Below the pieces are notes generated by a model. It was not told the DNA's origin and searched no databases. It saw nothing but the letters and a program-made list of their open reading frames with translations. Shown here piece after piece: positions 1 to 13,064 of a stretch of 64,000 nt of DNA. Origin of the DNA: Macrostomum lignano (lineage: Eukaryota); contig NIVC01002881.1 in assembly GCA_002269645.1 (NCBI GenBank), positions 68,295-132,294 on the forward strand. Reading direction: 5' to 3'. The first letter of the stretch is position 1; the number at the start of each line of letters is the position of its first letter. A program made the position numbers and the translations under genes.

Positions 1-1129
1 AAACTCATTACAAAGAATGTCTTAGGCTATCTTTAAATTTCCTAGACTCTAGTCTTCCTGCCTAAAAGTACAAAAAACTGCTCAAAATGCGCAATTTTTT
101 CACTTAATCCTCCATAGCGCCGTTCTACTTCTACCGATTCTCTTTAAATTTGACACAGACAAGTTTTAACTATTTTGACACAATCGTGTAAAATTTCAAA
201 TCTGAAAGTTAATCCTGAATGGCACTGTGCACTTTTAAAGTTTGGCTGTTTTTTCAACAAGGCAGCCACCCCAACCTCCATCCGCCTGCCTTTCTTTCCC
301 CATCTGGGCAAAGGGTGTAAATAGGTTTTAAAACTACTAACTTTCAGCTGCCATAAGTTTGCTCGATATGAAGTGATTAACTTCAAACTTGACACAATTC
401 TTCATTGACTCATTCTCTGTCTAAATGTAAAGTCTCAACTCTATATCTCAATCAGGACAGAAACTGTAAGCATGTAAAGTTTATCTGCTTTTTCTGTTGT
501 TTGTGCCACTTACTCATGTCATTCTCCCAGAGCCAGACGAAGGGTCAGGCAATAGGACTGAATGTACATAGCAAATTTACAGTGTTTTGGAATAACATTA
601 TTTATAGCCTTCTCTGCACCCCGAGAGTGGAGAGGCTACGTTTAGCCATAACAGTTTAGTGAGAAATTCTAACCACTGCCCTCTCCTCTGTATTGGCAAA
701 CTCTGTAACAGTTTAATAGTGGATAGCAAATCAAGGCAATCCAGCATGGTTTGTAAAAGCGAAAGATTTATGAAAAGGCGATGCAATGCAATAAAACCCT
801 ACTAAATTAGTCACAGTCACACTATGAAACTTAAGTTTCTCTTAAAAGTGCTTTGAAATTTAAATGGCCTCCTAAGAAATGCATATTTCCTTGGTTGTTA
901 GACTGATGCAGACTGCAGTGGAGCTGAAAATACACAAATTCCTTTCAGGACTGCAAATTGGCAAGAAAGATGACATGATCAAAGCATGAGAACAGCCATG
1001 AGAGTACTACGTCCCAAAAACTGGCTTTCCAAGTAGGAATGGGCAGACTTTTACCTCAAACTCCAGAAAAGAATCCAGCTTATGGCTGAGGGGCAGTTGA
1101 GAGTGGGGAGAAAAAAGAATAGACTATCA

Positions 1130-1730
1130 GAAAAGAGAGGAGAGGTGGGAGAGGGAATAAGAGAAAAAATAAAAGATAATAAGAGAGATGAGGGAGTGAG
1201 GACAATGAGAAGAGAGAGTAGAGTAGAGTAGCGAGTGGAGAAGAGAGAGTAGAGGAGTGAGTAGAGATGAGCGAGTAGAGAGGAGAGAGTAAAAGAGTGA
1301 ATAGAGAGTAGAGTAAAAGAGTGAGTAGAGAGTAGAGAGTAGAGTAGTGAGTGGAGAAGAGAGAGTAGAGGAGAGAGTAGAGATGAGCGAGTAGAGACGA
1401 GAGAGTAGAGAAGAGAAGAAAGATGGGAGAGGAGAGATAAGAGAGAGGGGGAAGCAAAGAGAAATGAAAAGAGATAGAAGAGAAAAGAGAGAAGAGAAAG
1501 GAGAGATCAGAGCACAAATAAAGATGAGAGAGAAGAGAGGTGAAGGAAAAGACGAGAGAAGAGTGGGAAGAGAGGAAAGAGAAAAGAAGAGAAATGAGGG
1601 AAGATACAAGAAAAGAGAGGAGAGAGGAGAGAGGAAAAAAGAAAAGAGGAGAAGAGAGAGAGCAGAGAGGAGAGACGGGACAAGAAAGAAGAGAGGAAAC
1701 AGAAGAGAAGATAGAAGTTTCAAAGGATCC
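1130..1730. repeat. Purine-rich (GA/AGAGT) low-complexity tract
   Basis: Almost only A/G on +; source of L/S-rich and E/R-rich spurious ORFs. Confidence 0.9.
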
Positions 1731-3879
1731 AAGGGACGTAGTGAGAGTCAGAGGCAGAGGCCAGAGTTTGCCAATACATGTTTTAGAGTCAGACATACAT
1801 TAACTGCCTATTTAAAGTAAAAAGCACCCCCCTCCCCCCCCTCCCAGCCAACAATATCAATGTTTGCCTCAAATCCTAATTTTACGCAAATGTACTTCAT
1901 TTTGTTTACCTCTATCCTACTAACTATTAACAAGTTTTTGTTTGAGTATGGGCTCAGATTTCAGAATATATGCAAAAATAGTTCCGGGGATTGGAATTCC
2001 CTGGGTTCAAATTCCGCGGGTTTCAACAGCTTGTCAATTAATAAGTATCAAAGTTTATGCCAAGACTTAGCAAATGTAATAATAGGCAATATAATAGGCC
2101 TATATCATATGCCACACTCCAGATCATGTAGTATATGCCAATAATTCGGGCATGCATTGGCCTTGCATGCCAAAATTGGGCGTGCACAGTTGGCATGTAT
2201 CACTCCTGAGAAGAAAGTATACGTGCACACCTGGCGTGCACTTTATAGAATCACATGTAAAAGTTATTGTGAAGTAGAAAAAATGATAAAGTTCATGATA
2301 AAGGTTTTTTCAAGCTTGTAGAAAGGCATTTAAACAAATTTTTGCATGTATAATTTTTTTGCCATAAAATAGTATTGCCAAAAAGGCATAAAAAGCAACC
2401 AAATTAACTAAATTATCTGGTAATAAGGGACTATTACGCAATTTAAAAAAAAATATTTTATTGTCACAAAATAAAAAAGGTCATTTATTGTTGGAACACT
2501 GGCATATTTTTGAGAATGGGTATGCACTACATTTTTTTGGTGTGTATTTATAATTATTCAATTTTTGTTCTGGCGTAGACCTAGCATGATCCAGACTATG
2601 GATCATATATAGGCCATAGTCAGGAAGATGGCCTTTTTCATGTAAAATTCTAGCACAAAACAAGGTTTGATTGTTATAAAGTTAATAATCTGTTTGTAGA
2701 TGATAAACAGCATATCTTATAGGGTATTTAAATAGGATAAGGGGGCCTAAAGTACTTCTCTCAAGAAGTAAATAAAATATAAAAAATTATATTGCAATAA
2801 ATTTTGTATTTAAATCTATGATACTATAAATTATAAATATAATATACATGTGTATATTGTTGTTTATGTATTGAATGTTGATAGTATAGAGTAGAAAGGT
2901 ATTAACAAAGTTTCTTAACTTCTAAATTGACTTAATCTTTTGTGACTACTTATTCTTATTCTCAAACAGTATCAAAATACTAGCAATTAGCAACTATGAG
3001 ATACCAACCAACTAAGCAAAAGCTTATCAATTACTAATCAATATTAACTACCAATCTATTCATTAAATAATTTGAAAAACAAAAATAAAAATTTAGACAA
3101 ACTTCATTTTCACTTGGGTAATAGTAATAGGTTTAAAAAGACACTACATGATATAAGGCAAATAAATAAAATTAGTGCAGTGTAAATAAATATTTTGGGC
3201 TCAATTATATTTATATTATAACACTTTTTATGACTATGATATTATGTGGTAGTGATCTTTCAGTTCATTTTCTAATATCATTTTTAAGTTTGAATCAATG
3301 TTACAATATAGTGCCATGGCAGAAAATGATGTCTATGGCCAAAGGGGATAGGAAATAGTATTAGAAAATGCTCTAGCCTTTAACTCTTATCTAATGCTCT
3401 ATCTATTACTTTATCTACTGCTATATCTACAAAAAAACCCACAAAAAAACCATATGGCCCAAAAATAAACCTAGCAATAGGATAGTCATAGTTACATCTG
3501 CTATTTACCCAAAATTTCGCTAATTTTTGCTTTAGTGTTTCTTTCACAGTTAAGTTGTATTTTTTGATCAAAAAGTAAAAGTTGCATGGCTAGTATAAAT
3601 CAGGAGGGTTGCACATGTGTGATCAAAATGATAAAATTATTTCGTATATTATAACAAAATGTTAAATTCTATGCTACTTTGAAAATAAAATTTCCAAGAA
3701 ATTTAAAAACATTTCTACAAATATAATTTTTTTTCAAGTCTTTACCAACCTTTGTATTTAAATTGTTTGACAAAATTCCCACTAAATTTTTGACACAACT
3801 TATTTAAACTATTGCAATTAGCCTTTTATCTTTGTTTATGATTTTCACTATCATTATTAGGCTGATCAAGTAGTAGCTG

Positions 3880-4743
3880 GCATCTAATCAAGGGGTAGCA
3901 CTCACTCACTGAAATCTGATTAAGGGCTAGCACTCACTCAGTGACATCTAGTCAAGGGGTAGCACTCACTCACTGACATCTGATCAAGGGGTAGCACTCA
4001 CTCACTGACATCTGATCAAGGGGTAGCATTCACTCACTGACATCTAGTCAAGGGGTAGCACTCACTCAGTGAAATCTGATCAAGGGGTAGCACTCACTCA
4101 GTGAAATCTGATCAAGGGGTAGCACTCACTCAGTGACATCTAGTCAAGGGGTAGCACTCACTCACTGATATCTGATCAAGGGGTAGCACTCACTCACTGA
4201 CATCTGATCAAGGGGTAGCATTCATTCACTGACATCTAGTCAAGGGGTAGCATTCACTCACTGACATCTAGTCAAGGGGTAGCATTCACTCACTGACATC
4301 TGATCAAGGGGTAGCACTCACTCACTGACATCTGATCAAGGGGTAGCATTCACTCACTGACATCTAGTCAATGGGTAGCACTCACTCAGTGAAATCTTAT
4401 CAAGGGGTAGCACTCACTCAGTGAAATCTGATCAAGGGGTAGCACTCACTCACTGACATCTAGTCAAGGGGTAGCACTCACTCAGTGACATCTTGTCAAG
4501 GGGTAGCACTCACTCACTGACATCTGATCAAGGGGTAGCACTCACTCAGTGACATCTGATCAAGGGGTAGCACTCACTCACTGACATCTGATCAAGGGGT
4601 AGCACTCACTCAGTGACATCTAGTCAATGGGTAGCACTCACTCACTGACATCTAGTCAAGGGGTAGCACTCACTCACTGACATCTAGTCAAGGGGTAGCA
4701 CTCACTCACTGACATCTAGTCAAGGGGTAGCACTCACTCACTG
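3880..4743. repeat. 32-bp minisatellite, about 27 copies, upstream of the LMAN2 lectin exon
   Basis: Unit TGATCAAGGGGTAGCACTCACTCACTGACATC with TGAT/TAGT and CACT/CAGT variants. Confidence 0.97.
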
Positions 4744-4837
4744 CCAAGCTGGTCTTTAGTGCTCTGAGACATTGGGTATCACTCTGCACTCAGGCAGTCA
4801 GCTATAAACAATCTCCAACACTCTACTCGCTCTTTAG

Positions 4838-5460
4838 GCCACTGGGACTTCGGTGGCAGCACAGTGATTGCATCTGATTTCATTCGCCTAACTCCGGACA
4901 GTCAGTCACACCGAGGCGCTGTATGGTGCAAAATCCCAGTCCGAATGCGTCACTGGGAGGTGCAGATGCACTTCCGAGTGCACGGCTCCACTGGCAACCT
5001 GTTTGGCGACGGCATGGCATTCTGGTACATTGACCCGGCCGTCAGCAAGTTCAGCGGGCCCGTGTTCGGCATGCAAGACAAATTCCGCGGCCTCGGTGTA
5101 CTTTTAGACACCTACAGCAACCACAATGGACCGCACAGTCACGACCATCCATACATATCGGCTATGGTTAACAATGGCAGTTTGGCCTATGACCATGACA
5201 GGGACGGCACCCATTCTCAGCTAGACGGCTGCACCGCCCGCTTCAGAAACCGGGATCACGACACCCTGCTATCCATTCGTTACGTCAACAACGCTTTATT
5301 GGTGGCCACGGATATTGAAAATAAGCAAACTTGGCAGCCGTGCTTTCGAGTGCCAAATGTGAAATTGCCAACTCATTTTGTGTTCGGAGTCAGCGCTATG
5401 ACTGGCGACCTGTCGGATAATCACGACCTGCTGTCTGTGAAGGTCTACGAGATTGAACCG
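4838..5460 (+). CDS. LMAN2: LMAN2/LMAN2L (VIP36/VIPL) L-type lectin, lectin-domain exon; upstream signal-peptide exon(s) not located
   Basis: Acceptor tctttag|GC (phase 1), then HWDFGGSTVIASDFIRLTPD...GDGMAFWY...DTYSNH...YDHDRDG...DNHDLLSVKVYEIEP, matching the VIP36 carbohydrate-recognition domain with its D/N/H ligand residues. Donor CCG|gtacat. Confidence 0.92.
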
Positions 5461-5599
5461 GTACATGCCAGTCTGCCAATTGGGAACAGGATGTGCGACT
5501 TTGGGAACAGGGATTAGGGTTCTAGGAACAGGGTGCGATTTTTTGGGAATAGGGATGTCCCTGTTCGGGATTTTGGGGCGGGATTTGCTATTTGGGCAT

Positions 5600-5952
5600 A
5601 TGAGATTTGGGGATTAAAGAATAGGGGTTTAGGAAAGGGATATGAGATTTGGGATTTGGGAAATAGGGATATGAGATTTAGAGATATGAGATTTAGAGAA
5701 TAGGGGTATGGAATTTTGGGAATAGGTATATGGGATTTAAGGAATAGGGATATAAGATTTGTGGTTTGGGTAATAGTGATATGGGATTTGGGTAATAAGG
5801 ATATGGGATTTGTGGTTTGGGTAATAGGGATATGGGATTTGGGGTTTGGGGAATAGGGATATGGGATTTGGGGAATAGGGATATGGGGTTTGGGGAATAG
5901 GGATATGGGATTTGGGGAATAGGGATATGGGATTTGGGGAATAGGGATTTAG
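5600..5952. repeat. ~22-bp degenerate minisatellite in an LMAN2 intron
   Basis: Unit about GGGATATGGGATTTGGGGAATA. Confidence 0.9.
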
Positions 5953-6103
5953 GAATACACGAAAAAAGGTGTCTTGAACTCAGAATTCTCAGAATAGAGA
6001 TCGCACAGAATCGATAGAACTCAGCTTTGGAAGAACACCGAAGTCGCAGTGCTAAGCTAGTCCAAGATTTCACACCCTCACCCCCGCTTCCCCGATTGTA
6101 CAG

Positions 6104-6182
6104 AAAGAGCCTTTGGAGGACAACATGGGGGTGGACTACCGGACCATCGAGCCCTCTGCCGACAGCGCCGAGCCTCCAAGGC
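6104..6182 (+). CDS. LMAN2: LMAN2/LMAN2L stalk exon (KEPLEDNMGVDYRTIEPSADSAEPPR)
   Basis: Acceptor tgtacag| phase 0 and donor C|gtgagt phase 1 fit the neighbouring exons; resembles the VIP36 stalk (IDWTKIEPS). Confidence 0.85.
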
Positions 6183-6219
6183 GTGAGTCACGTGACTGCT
6201 TGCTAATTGATAACTCTGC

Positions 6220-7050
6220 CTCCCCAGTGGCTCCTCTGATTCCCCAGTGCCCCTCTGATTCCCCAATCCCCCCTCTGATTCCCCAGTGCCCTCTCTGATT
6301 CCCCAGTGCCCTCTCTGATTCCCCAATCCCCCCTCTGATTCCCCAGTGCCCTCTCTGATTCCCCAATTCATCCTTTGATTCCCCAGTGCCCTCTCTGATT
6401 CCCCAATCCCCCCTCTGATTCCCCAGTGCCCTCTCTGATTCCCCAATTCCTCCTCTGATTCCCCAATTCCTTCTCTGATTCCCAATCCCCTCTCTGATTC
6501 CCCAGTGCCCTCTCTGATTCCCCATCCCCCCTCTGATTCCCCAGTGCCCTCTGATTCCCCAGTGCCCTCTCTGATTCCCCAATTCCTCCTCTGATTCCCC
6601 AATTCCTTCTCTGATTCCCAATCCCCTCTCTGATTCCCCAGTGCCCTCTCTGATTCCCCATCCCCCCTCTGATTCCCCAGTGCCCTCTGATTCCCCAGTG
6701 CCCTCTCTGATTCCCCAATTCCTCCTCTGATTCCCCAATTCATCCTTTGATTCCCCAGTGCCCTCTCTGATTCCCCAATCCCCCCTCTGATTCCCCAGTG
6801 CCCTCTCTGATTCCCCAATTCCTCCTCTGATTCCCCAATTCCTTCTCTGATTCCCAATCCCCTCTCTGATTCCTCAGTGCCCTCTCTGATTCCCCATCCC
6901 CCCTCTGATTCCCCAGTGCCCTCTGATTCCCCAGTGCCCTCTCTGATTCCCCAATTCCTTCTCTGATTCCCAATCCCCTCTAATTCCCCAATCCCCCCTC
7001 CGATTCCCCAATCCCCCTCTGATTCCCCAGTGGCCTCCCCCAAATTCCCC
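6220..7050. repeat. 20-22-bp minisatellite in an LMAN2 intron
   Basis: Unit about CTCTGATTCCCCAGTGCCCT / CTCTGATTCCCCAATTCCTC. Confidence 0.95.
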
Positions 7051-7114
7051 AATGCCCCCCCACGATTCCACAGTGCCTCTCCTCCATCGCTCCTCCCGTC
7101 TCCCAACTCGGCAG

Positions 7115-7263
7115 CTCACGTGGACTCCCAAGCCGACAGTGGCTGGTCCTTCCTGCGCATCTTCCTGCTGGTTCTGTTCTGCGCCATCGGTCTGGTCACC
7201 CTGCTGGTGCTGGGCCTGGTGTACCACACCAGCCAGCAGAGGAAAAAAAAGCGATTTTATTGA
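7115..7263 (+). CDS. LMAN2: LMAN2/LMAN2L last exon: TM helix and cytoplasmic tail RKKKRFY*
   Basis: Acceptor cggcag|CT (phase 1); hydrophobic FLRIFLLVLFCAIGLVTLLVLGLVY; KRFY C-terminus typical of VIP36/VIPL; TGA at 7261-7263. Confidence 0.92.
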
Positions 7264-7547
7264 CAGCTATCCAATGATATGATCGACTTTTGACTTGGCG
7301 ATATTTTCTTTCATGCCCTAGCCGTCTGTGTAGATGAGGTTTTTTTACTTTTTTAGTAGTCACTATCTCTGTGTTTTTGTTGCATCGCCTTTATTTGGTT
7401 AGTGCTGGCGCCACTCTAATCGGTGGGTGAGGCTGAGACTAGATGAAGCGCTTCTTTTGTACCGTATCTGCCTGCATGTGCGCGCCAATTACTTGCTAAT
7501 CTGTCTCTGTCTCCGCGTCTCTTCACTCTTAACTATTTAGACTTTCA

Positions 7548-9185
7548 TCTTGTCACTCCATCCTCACTCTCTTGTCACTCTATCCTCACACTCTTGTCAC
7601 TCCATCTTTACTCACTCCATCCTCACACTCTTGTCACTCCATCTTTACTCACTCCATCCTCACACTCTTGTCACTCCATCTTTACTCACTCCATCCTCAC
7701 ACTCTTGTCACTCCATCTTTAGTCACTCCATCCTCACACTCTTGTCACTCCATCTTTAGTCACTCCATCCTCACACTCTTGTCACTCCATCCGCAGTCAC
7801 TCCATCCTCACTCTCTTGTCGCTCCATCCTCACTCTCTTGTCACTCTATCCTCATTCTCTTGTCACACTCCATCCTCACTCTCTTGTCACTCCATCCTCA
7901 CTCTCTTGTCACTCTATCCTCATTCTCTTGTCACACTCCATCTTCACTCTCTTGTCACTCTATCCTCATTCTCTTGTCACACTCCATCCTCACTCTCTTG
8001 TCACTCTATCCTCACTCTCTTGTCACTCTATCCTCACACTCTTGTCACTCCCTCTTTAGTCACTCCATCCTCACACTCTTGTCACTCCATCCGCAGTCAC
8101 TCCATCCTCACACTCTTGTCACTCCATCCGCAGTCACTCTATCCTCACACTCTTGTCACTCCATCTTTACTCACTCCATCCTCACACTCTTGTCACTCCA
8201 TCTTTACTCACTCCATCCTCACACTCTTGTCACTCCATCTTTAGTCACTCCATCCTCACACTCTTGTCACTCCATCTTTAGTCACTCCATCCTCACACTC
8301 TTGTCACTCCATCCGCAGTCACTCCATCCTCACTCTCTTGTCACTCCATCCTCACTCTCTTGTCACTCCATCCTCACTCTCTTGTCACTCCATCCTCACT
8401 CTCTTGTCACTCTATCCTCACTCTCTTGTCACTCTATCCTCACTCTCTTGTCACTCTATCCTCACTCTCTTGTCACTCCATCCTCACTCTCTTGTCACTC
8501 CATCCTCACTCTCTTGTCACTCCATCCTCACTCTCTTGTCACTCCATCCTCACTCTCTTGTCACTCTATCCTCACTCTCTTGTCACTCTATCCTCACTCT
8601 CTTGTCACTCCATCCTCACACTCTTGTCACTCTATCCTCACACTCTTGTCACTCCATCTTCACTCTCTTGTCACTCCATCCTCACTCTCTTGTCACTCTA
8701 TCCTCACTCTCTTGTCACTCCATCCTCACTCTCTTGTCACTCCATCCTCACTCTCTTGTCACTCCATCCTCACTCTCTTGTCACTCTATCCTCACTCTCT
8801 TGTCACTCCATCTTCACTCTCTTGTCACTTTATCCTCACTCTCTTGTCACTCTATCCTCACTCTCTTGTCACTCCATCCTCACTCTCTTGTCACTCCATC
8901 CTCACTCTCTTGTCACTCTATCCTCACTCTCTTGTCACTCCATCTTCACTCTCTTGTCACTCTATCCTCACTCTCTTGTCACTCTATCCTCACTCTCTTG
9001 TCACTCCATCTTCACTCTCTTGTCACTCTATCCTCACTCTCTTGTCACTCTATCCTCACTCTCTTGTCACTCCATCCTCAGTCACTCCATCTTCACTCTC
9101 TTGTCACTCTATCCTCACTCTCTTGTCACTCTTTCCTCACTCGCTTGTCACTCCATCCTCAGTCACTCCATCTTCACTCTCTCGT
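7548..9185. repeat. 22-bp minisatellite
   Basis: Unit CTTGTCACTCCATCCTCACTCT with shorter variants. Confidence 0.97.
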
Positions 9186-9887
9186 CATTCCCCACCTCAG
9201 CCAAATGCCTCATTTGCTCAAAACAGTCCACTATGTGTCCAAATTCCGGCATTGAAACTGCAACCTCACAATCCGTTCTTGCTGCAATAAACTGTATTGA
9301 TACCGCAGGCTCAGCTAGAGCTTGAAGCTCACACATTTTTATTTTATTTTTTTATCTACCCGATCAATAAATTTGATTCATTCGATTAAAAAAGAAATTC
9401 AGATGCCAAAAAATTATTTCCCTACTATTAGTAGTGCCGCTTTTTTAGCTCTTTCTTACTTTATTTATATACCGGATTTTTGCTGAAATTTTACTACTTA
9501 GTAACAAAGCTTCAGTAGGCTGTCATGCGTTTGCTTTCGCAAGAAAACAAAACGGTCAAACAGACACTTTGATTTCTTTTACATCCTGCCTTAACTAATT
9601 AGTAGTAAGCGTTTTTTTCTCTATTTGCGCTGATCAAAACTCCATTAATTGCGAGCCTAGTAATCGGTACAAATCATTCGAATGGCTGAATGCTGTGTGT
9701 GAGTTTTATTTCAATTGAAAAAAAACAATAATAATTGAATTTTTTTCAGACTGAAATTATTGACCTCAGTTATTAATATCACTGATGATGCATCGCTGTT
9801 TATTAATTGCTTTTTTATTTTTTACATTGAAATAAATGAATTGCTTGGCTAAAACTGTGTCTCATCATTCATCACTGCTCATTGCCT

Positions 9888-11712
9888 TCTCTCCCCTGCC
9901 TCTCCCCTTCTCTCTTCTCTCTCTCTACCTCTCCCCTCTATTGTCTCTCTCTCCCTCTTTCCCCTCCCTACCTCTCCCCTCTCTCTCCCTCTCCCCTCTC
10001 TACCTCTCTCCTCTCTCTCCCTCTTTCCCCTCTCTCCCTCTTTCCCCTCTCTCCCTCTTTCCCCTCTCTACCTCTCTCCTCTCTCTCCCTCTTTCCCCTA
10101 TCTACCTCTCTCCTCTCTCTCCCTCTTTCCCCTCTCTACCTCTCTCCTCTCTCTCCCTCTTTCCCCTATCTACCTCTCTCCTCTCTCTCCCTCTTTCCCC
10201 TCTCTACCTCTCCCCTCTCTCCCTCTTCCCCCTATCTACCTCTCTCCTCTCTCTCCCTCTTTCCTCTATCTACCTCTCCCCTCTCTCCCTCTTTCCCCTC
10301 TCTACCTCTCTCCCCTCTCTACCTCTCTCCTCTCTCTCCCTCTTTCCCCTATCTACCTCTCCCCTCTCTCCCTCTTTCCCCTCTCTACCTCTCTCCCCTC
10401 TCTACCTCTCTCCTCTCTCTCCCTCTTTCCCCTATCTACCTCTCTCCTCTCTCTCCCTCTTTCCTCTATCTACCTCTCCTCTCTCTCCCTCTTTCCCCTC
10501 TCTCCCTCTTTCCCCTCTCTACCTCTCTCCTCTTTCTCCCTCTTTCCCCTATCTACCTCTCTCCTCTCTCTCCCTCTTTCCCCTCTCTACCTCTCCCCTC
10601 TCTCCCTCTTTCCCCTATCTACCTCTCTCCTCTCTCTCCCTCTTTCCCCTCTCTACCTCTCCCCTCTCTCCCTCTTTCCCCTCTCTCCCTCTTTCCCCTC
10701 TCTACCTCTCTCCTCTCTCTCCCTCTTTCCCCTCTCTCCCTCTTTCCCCTCTCTACCTCTCTCCTCTCTCTCCCTCTTTCCCCTATCTACCTCTCTCCTC
10801 TCTCTCCCTCTTTCCCCTCTCTACCTCTCTCCCCTCTCTACCTCTTTCCCCTCTCTACCTCTCTCCTCTCTCTCCCTCTTTCCCCTCTCTACCTCTCCCC
10901 TCTCTCCCTCTTTCCCCTATCTACCTCTCTCCTCTCTCTCCCTCTTTCCCCTATCTACCTCTCTCCTCTCTCTCCCTCTTTCCCCTCTCTACCTCTCCCC
11001 TCTCTCCCTCTTTCCCCTCTCTACCTCTCTCCCCTCTCTACCTCTCTCCTCTCTCTCCCTCTTTCCCCTATCTACCTCTCTCCTCTCTCTCCCTCTTTCC
11101 TCTATCTACCTCTCCTCTCTCTCCCTCTTTCCCCTCTCTCCCTCTTTCCCCTCTCTACCTCTCCCCTCTCTCTCCCTCTTTCCCCTATCTACCTCTCTCC
11201 TCTCTCTCCCTCTTTCCCCTCTCTACCTCTCCCCTCTCTCCCTCTTTCCCCTATCTACCTCTCTCCTCTCTCTCCCTCTTTCCCCTCTCTACCTCTCCCC
11301 TCTCTCCCTCTTTCCCCTCTCTACCTCTCCCCTCTCTCCCTCTTTCCCCTATCTACCTCTCTCCTCTCTCTCCCTCTTTCTCCTCTCTACCTCTCCCCTC
11401 TCTCCCTCTTTCCCCTCTCTCCCTCTTTCCCCTCTCTACCTCTCTCCTCTCTCTCCCTCTTTCCCCTCTCTCCCTCTTTCCCCTCTCTACCTCTCTCCTC
11501 TCTCTCCCTCTTTCCCCTATCTACCTCTCTCCTCTCTCTCCCTCTTTCCCCTCTCTACCTCTCCCCTCTCTCCCTCTTTCCCCTCTCTACCTCTCTCCCC
11601 TCTCTACCTCTTTCCCCTATCTACCTCTCTCTCCCTCTCCCTCTTTCCCCTCTCTACCTCTCCCCTCTCTCCCTCTTTCCCCTCTCTCCCTCTTTCCCCT
11701 CTCTACCTCTCA
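9888..11712. repeat. 1.8-kb polypyrimidine (CT-rich) compound repeat
   Basis: Modules CTCTCTCCCTCTTTCCC and CTCTACCTCT; essentially G-free on +. Confidence 0.97.
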
Positions 11713-12347
11713 CTGACAAAGAATTTACCAAATTCGAAATATCGGCAATATTAGCTAAATGGACTTTCATCAGTCCTTTCACTGTGTTAGCGCCTGAGAT
11801 TGGAGGTGCCCTCCTCTCTCCCTCTACATCTCCTCTTTCTGTCTATCTCTCCTCACTCTACCTCTGTCCCTCTCTCTACTTCTCTCTTCTCTCATTCTCC
11901 CCCTATCCAGTGCAGTGCAGCAGACAGCCAAGCCAGCTCAAGCAGTTGAGAAATAAAACACGTGCACGTTAATGCTTTGTAAAACACTTGAGCTACAGTT
12001 TAACAGCCAAGTCACGAGATCTACACAATTATTTTGCAGAGTTTACGCAGTCAATGTGCAGCAGCTGTACATGCGAGCACAGCGCCCCAGGCAGATAGCA
12101 CACACAGAATTTTCTAGAACCCTACAGTCTCTCCAACTGCTCAGAGTTCCATTGTTCCATGAAACCTCTTCTCTACCTCTGCATGACCCCCCCCGGTTCT
12201 GGGGCTCGGCAGACATCTGTCTTGCCATTAGTGATAAATACACAGAGGGGCGCGTTTACTGCATCAACTAGGGCTAAAAAATTTCAGACCTTGCATATTC
12301 TTAAACTAGTAAACAGACTGTTCTCAGAAACTTTGAGCAAAGCAACA

Positions 12348-12581
12348 ATGCTAATCAGGCTCTCTTTTTTAATAGCCGTTCTGCTGCTGGTGCAGCTGGA
12401 GGCCAGCAGGTCCTATTCGAGGTCCATGGCGCCGCCGCGGCACTACGCCAGTCGGCACAAGGACACCTGGCTGGAGGCTGAGCGCTTCTGCCGGGCTGCC
12501 GGCCTTGGCGGCCTCTTGACGACTAGGGGAGGCCGACTCGGGGAGTTGGCCAGGCAGCTGAGACCTGGCCGGTGCTACTGG
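12348..12581 (+). CDS. Type I membrane protein with degenerate C-type-lectin-like domain, exon 1 (signal peptide and N-terminal half of the domain)
   Basis: ATG 12348, signal peptide MLIRLSFLIAVLLLVQLEAS, motif TWLEAERFC...CYW; donor TGG|gtgagc phase 0. Confidence 0.75.
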
Positions 12582-12595
12582 GTGAGCTGGGGTCC

Positions 12596-13040
12596 GTTAT
12601 CAGGCCTGTTTCAGGCTGTTATCAGGCCTGTTTCAGGCTGTTATCAGGCCTGTTTCAGGCTGTTATCAGGCCTGTTTCAGGCTGTTATCAGGCCTGTTTC
12701 AGGCTGTTATTCAGACTGTTTCAGTCTGTTATCATGCTGGCCTGTCTCATTCTGTTATCAAGCCTGTTTCAGTCTGTTATCAAGCCTGTTTCAGTCTGTT
12801 ATCAAGCCTGTTTCAGTCTGCTATCAAGCCTGTTTCAGTCTGTTATCAAGCCTGTTTCAGTCTGTTAATCAAGCCTGTTTCAGTCTGTTATCATGCAGAC
12901 CTGTTTCAGGCTGTTACAGACTGTTCTCAAAGCCTGTCACCTTCATGTACAGACTGTTCTCAAAGCCTGTCACCTTCATGTACAGACGGTTCTCAAAGCC
13001 TGTCACCTTCATGTACAGACTGTTTTCAAAGCCTGTCAAT
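12596..13040. repeat. 22-bp, then ~33-bp, minisatellite filling the intron of the CTLD-like gene
   Basis: TGTTATCAGGCCTGTTTCAGGC drifting to AAGCCTGTCACCTTCATGTACAGACTGTTCTCA. Confidence 0.93.
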
Positions 13041-13064
13041 CTCTGTTGTCCTCAAACCGGCCAG

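Noticed and set aside
1960-2030. B-box-like GGTTCAAATTCC suggesting a tRNA or SINE
   Set aside because: No convincing A-box or cloverleaf.
3380-3571. 63-aa minus-strand ORF with a glycine-zipper-like GPYGFFVGFF segment in an AT-rich block
   Set aside because: TTG start with no in-frame ATG or clear splice sites, short, no recognisable family.
3880-4743. CRISPR-like 32-bp direct repeats (also the 35-bp arrays at 46.8 and 52.5 kb)
   Set aside because: Repeats are head-to-tail with no unique spacers, no cas genes, eukaryotic context.
7550-11972. Long L/S/P/H-rich plus-strand ORFs (up to 696 aa)
   Set aside because: Products of the 22-bp and CT-rich arrays; open in several frames; no domain or gene structure.
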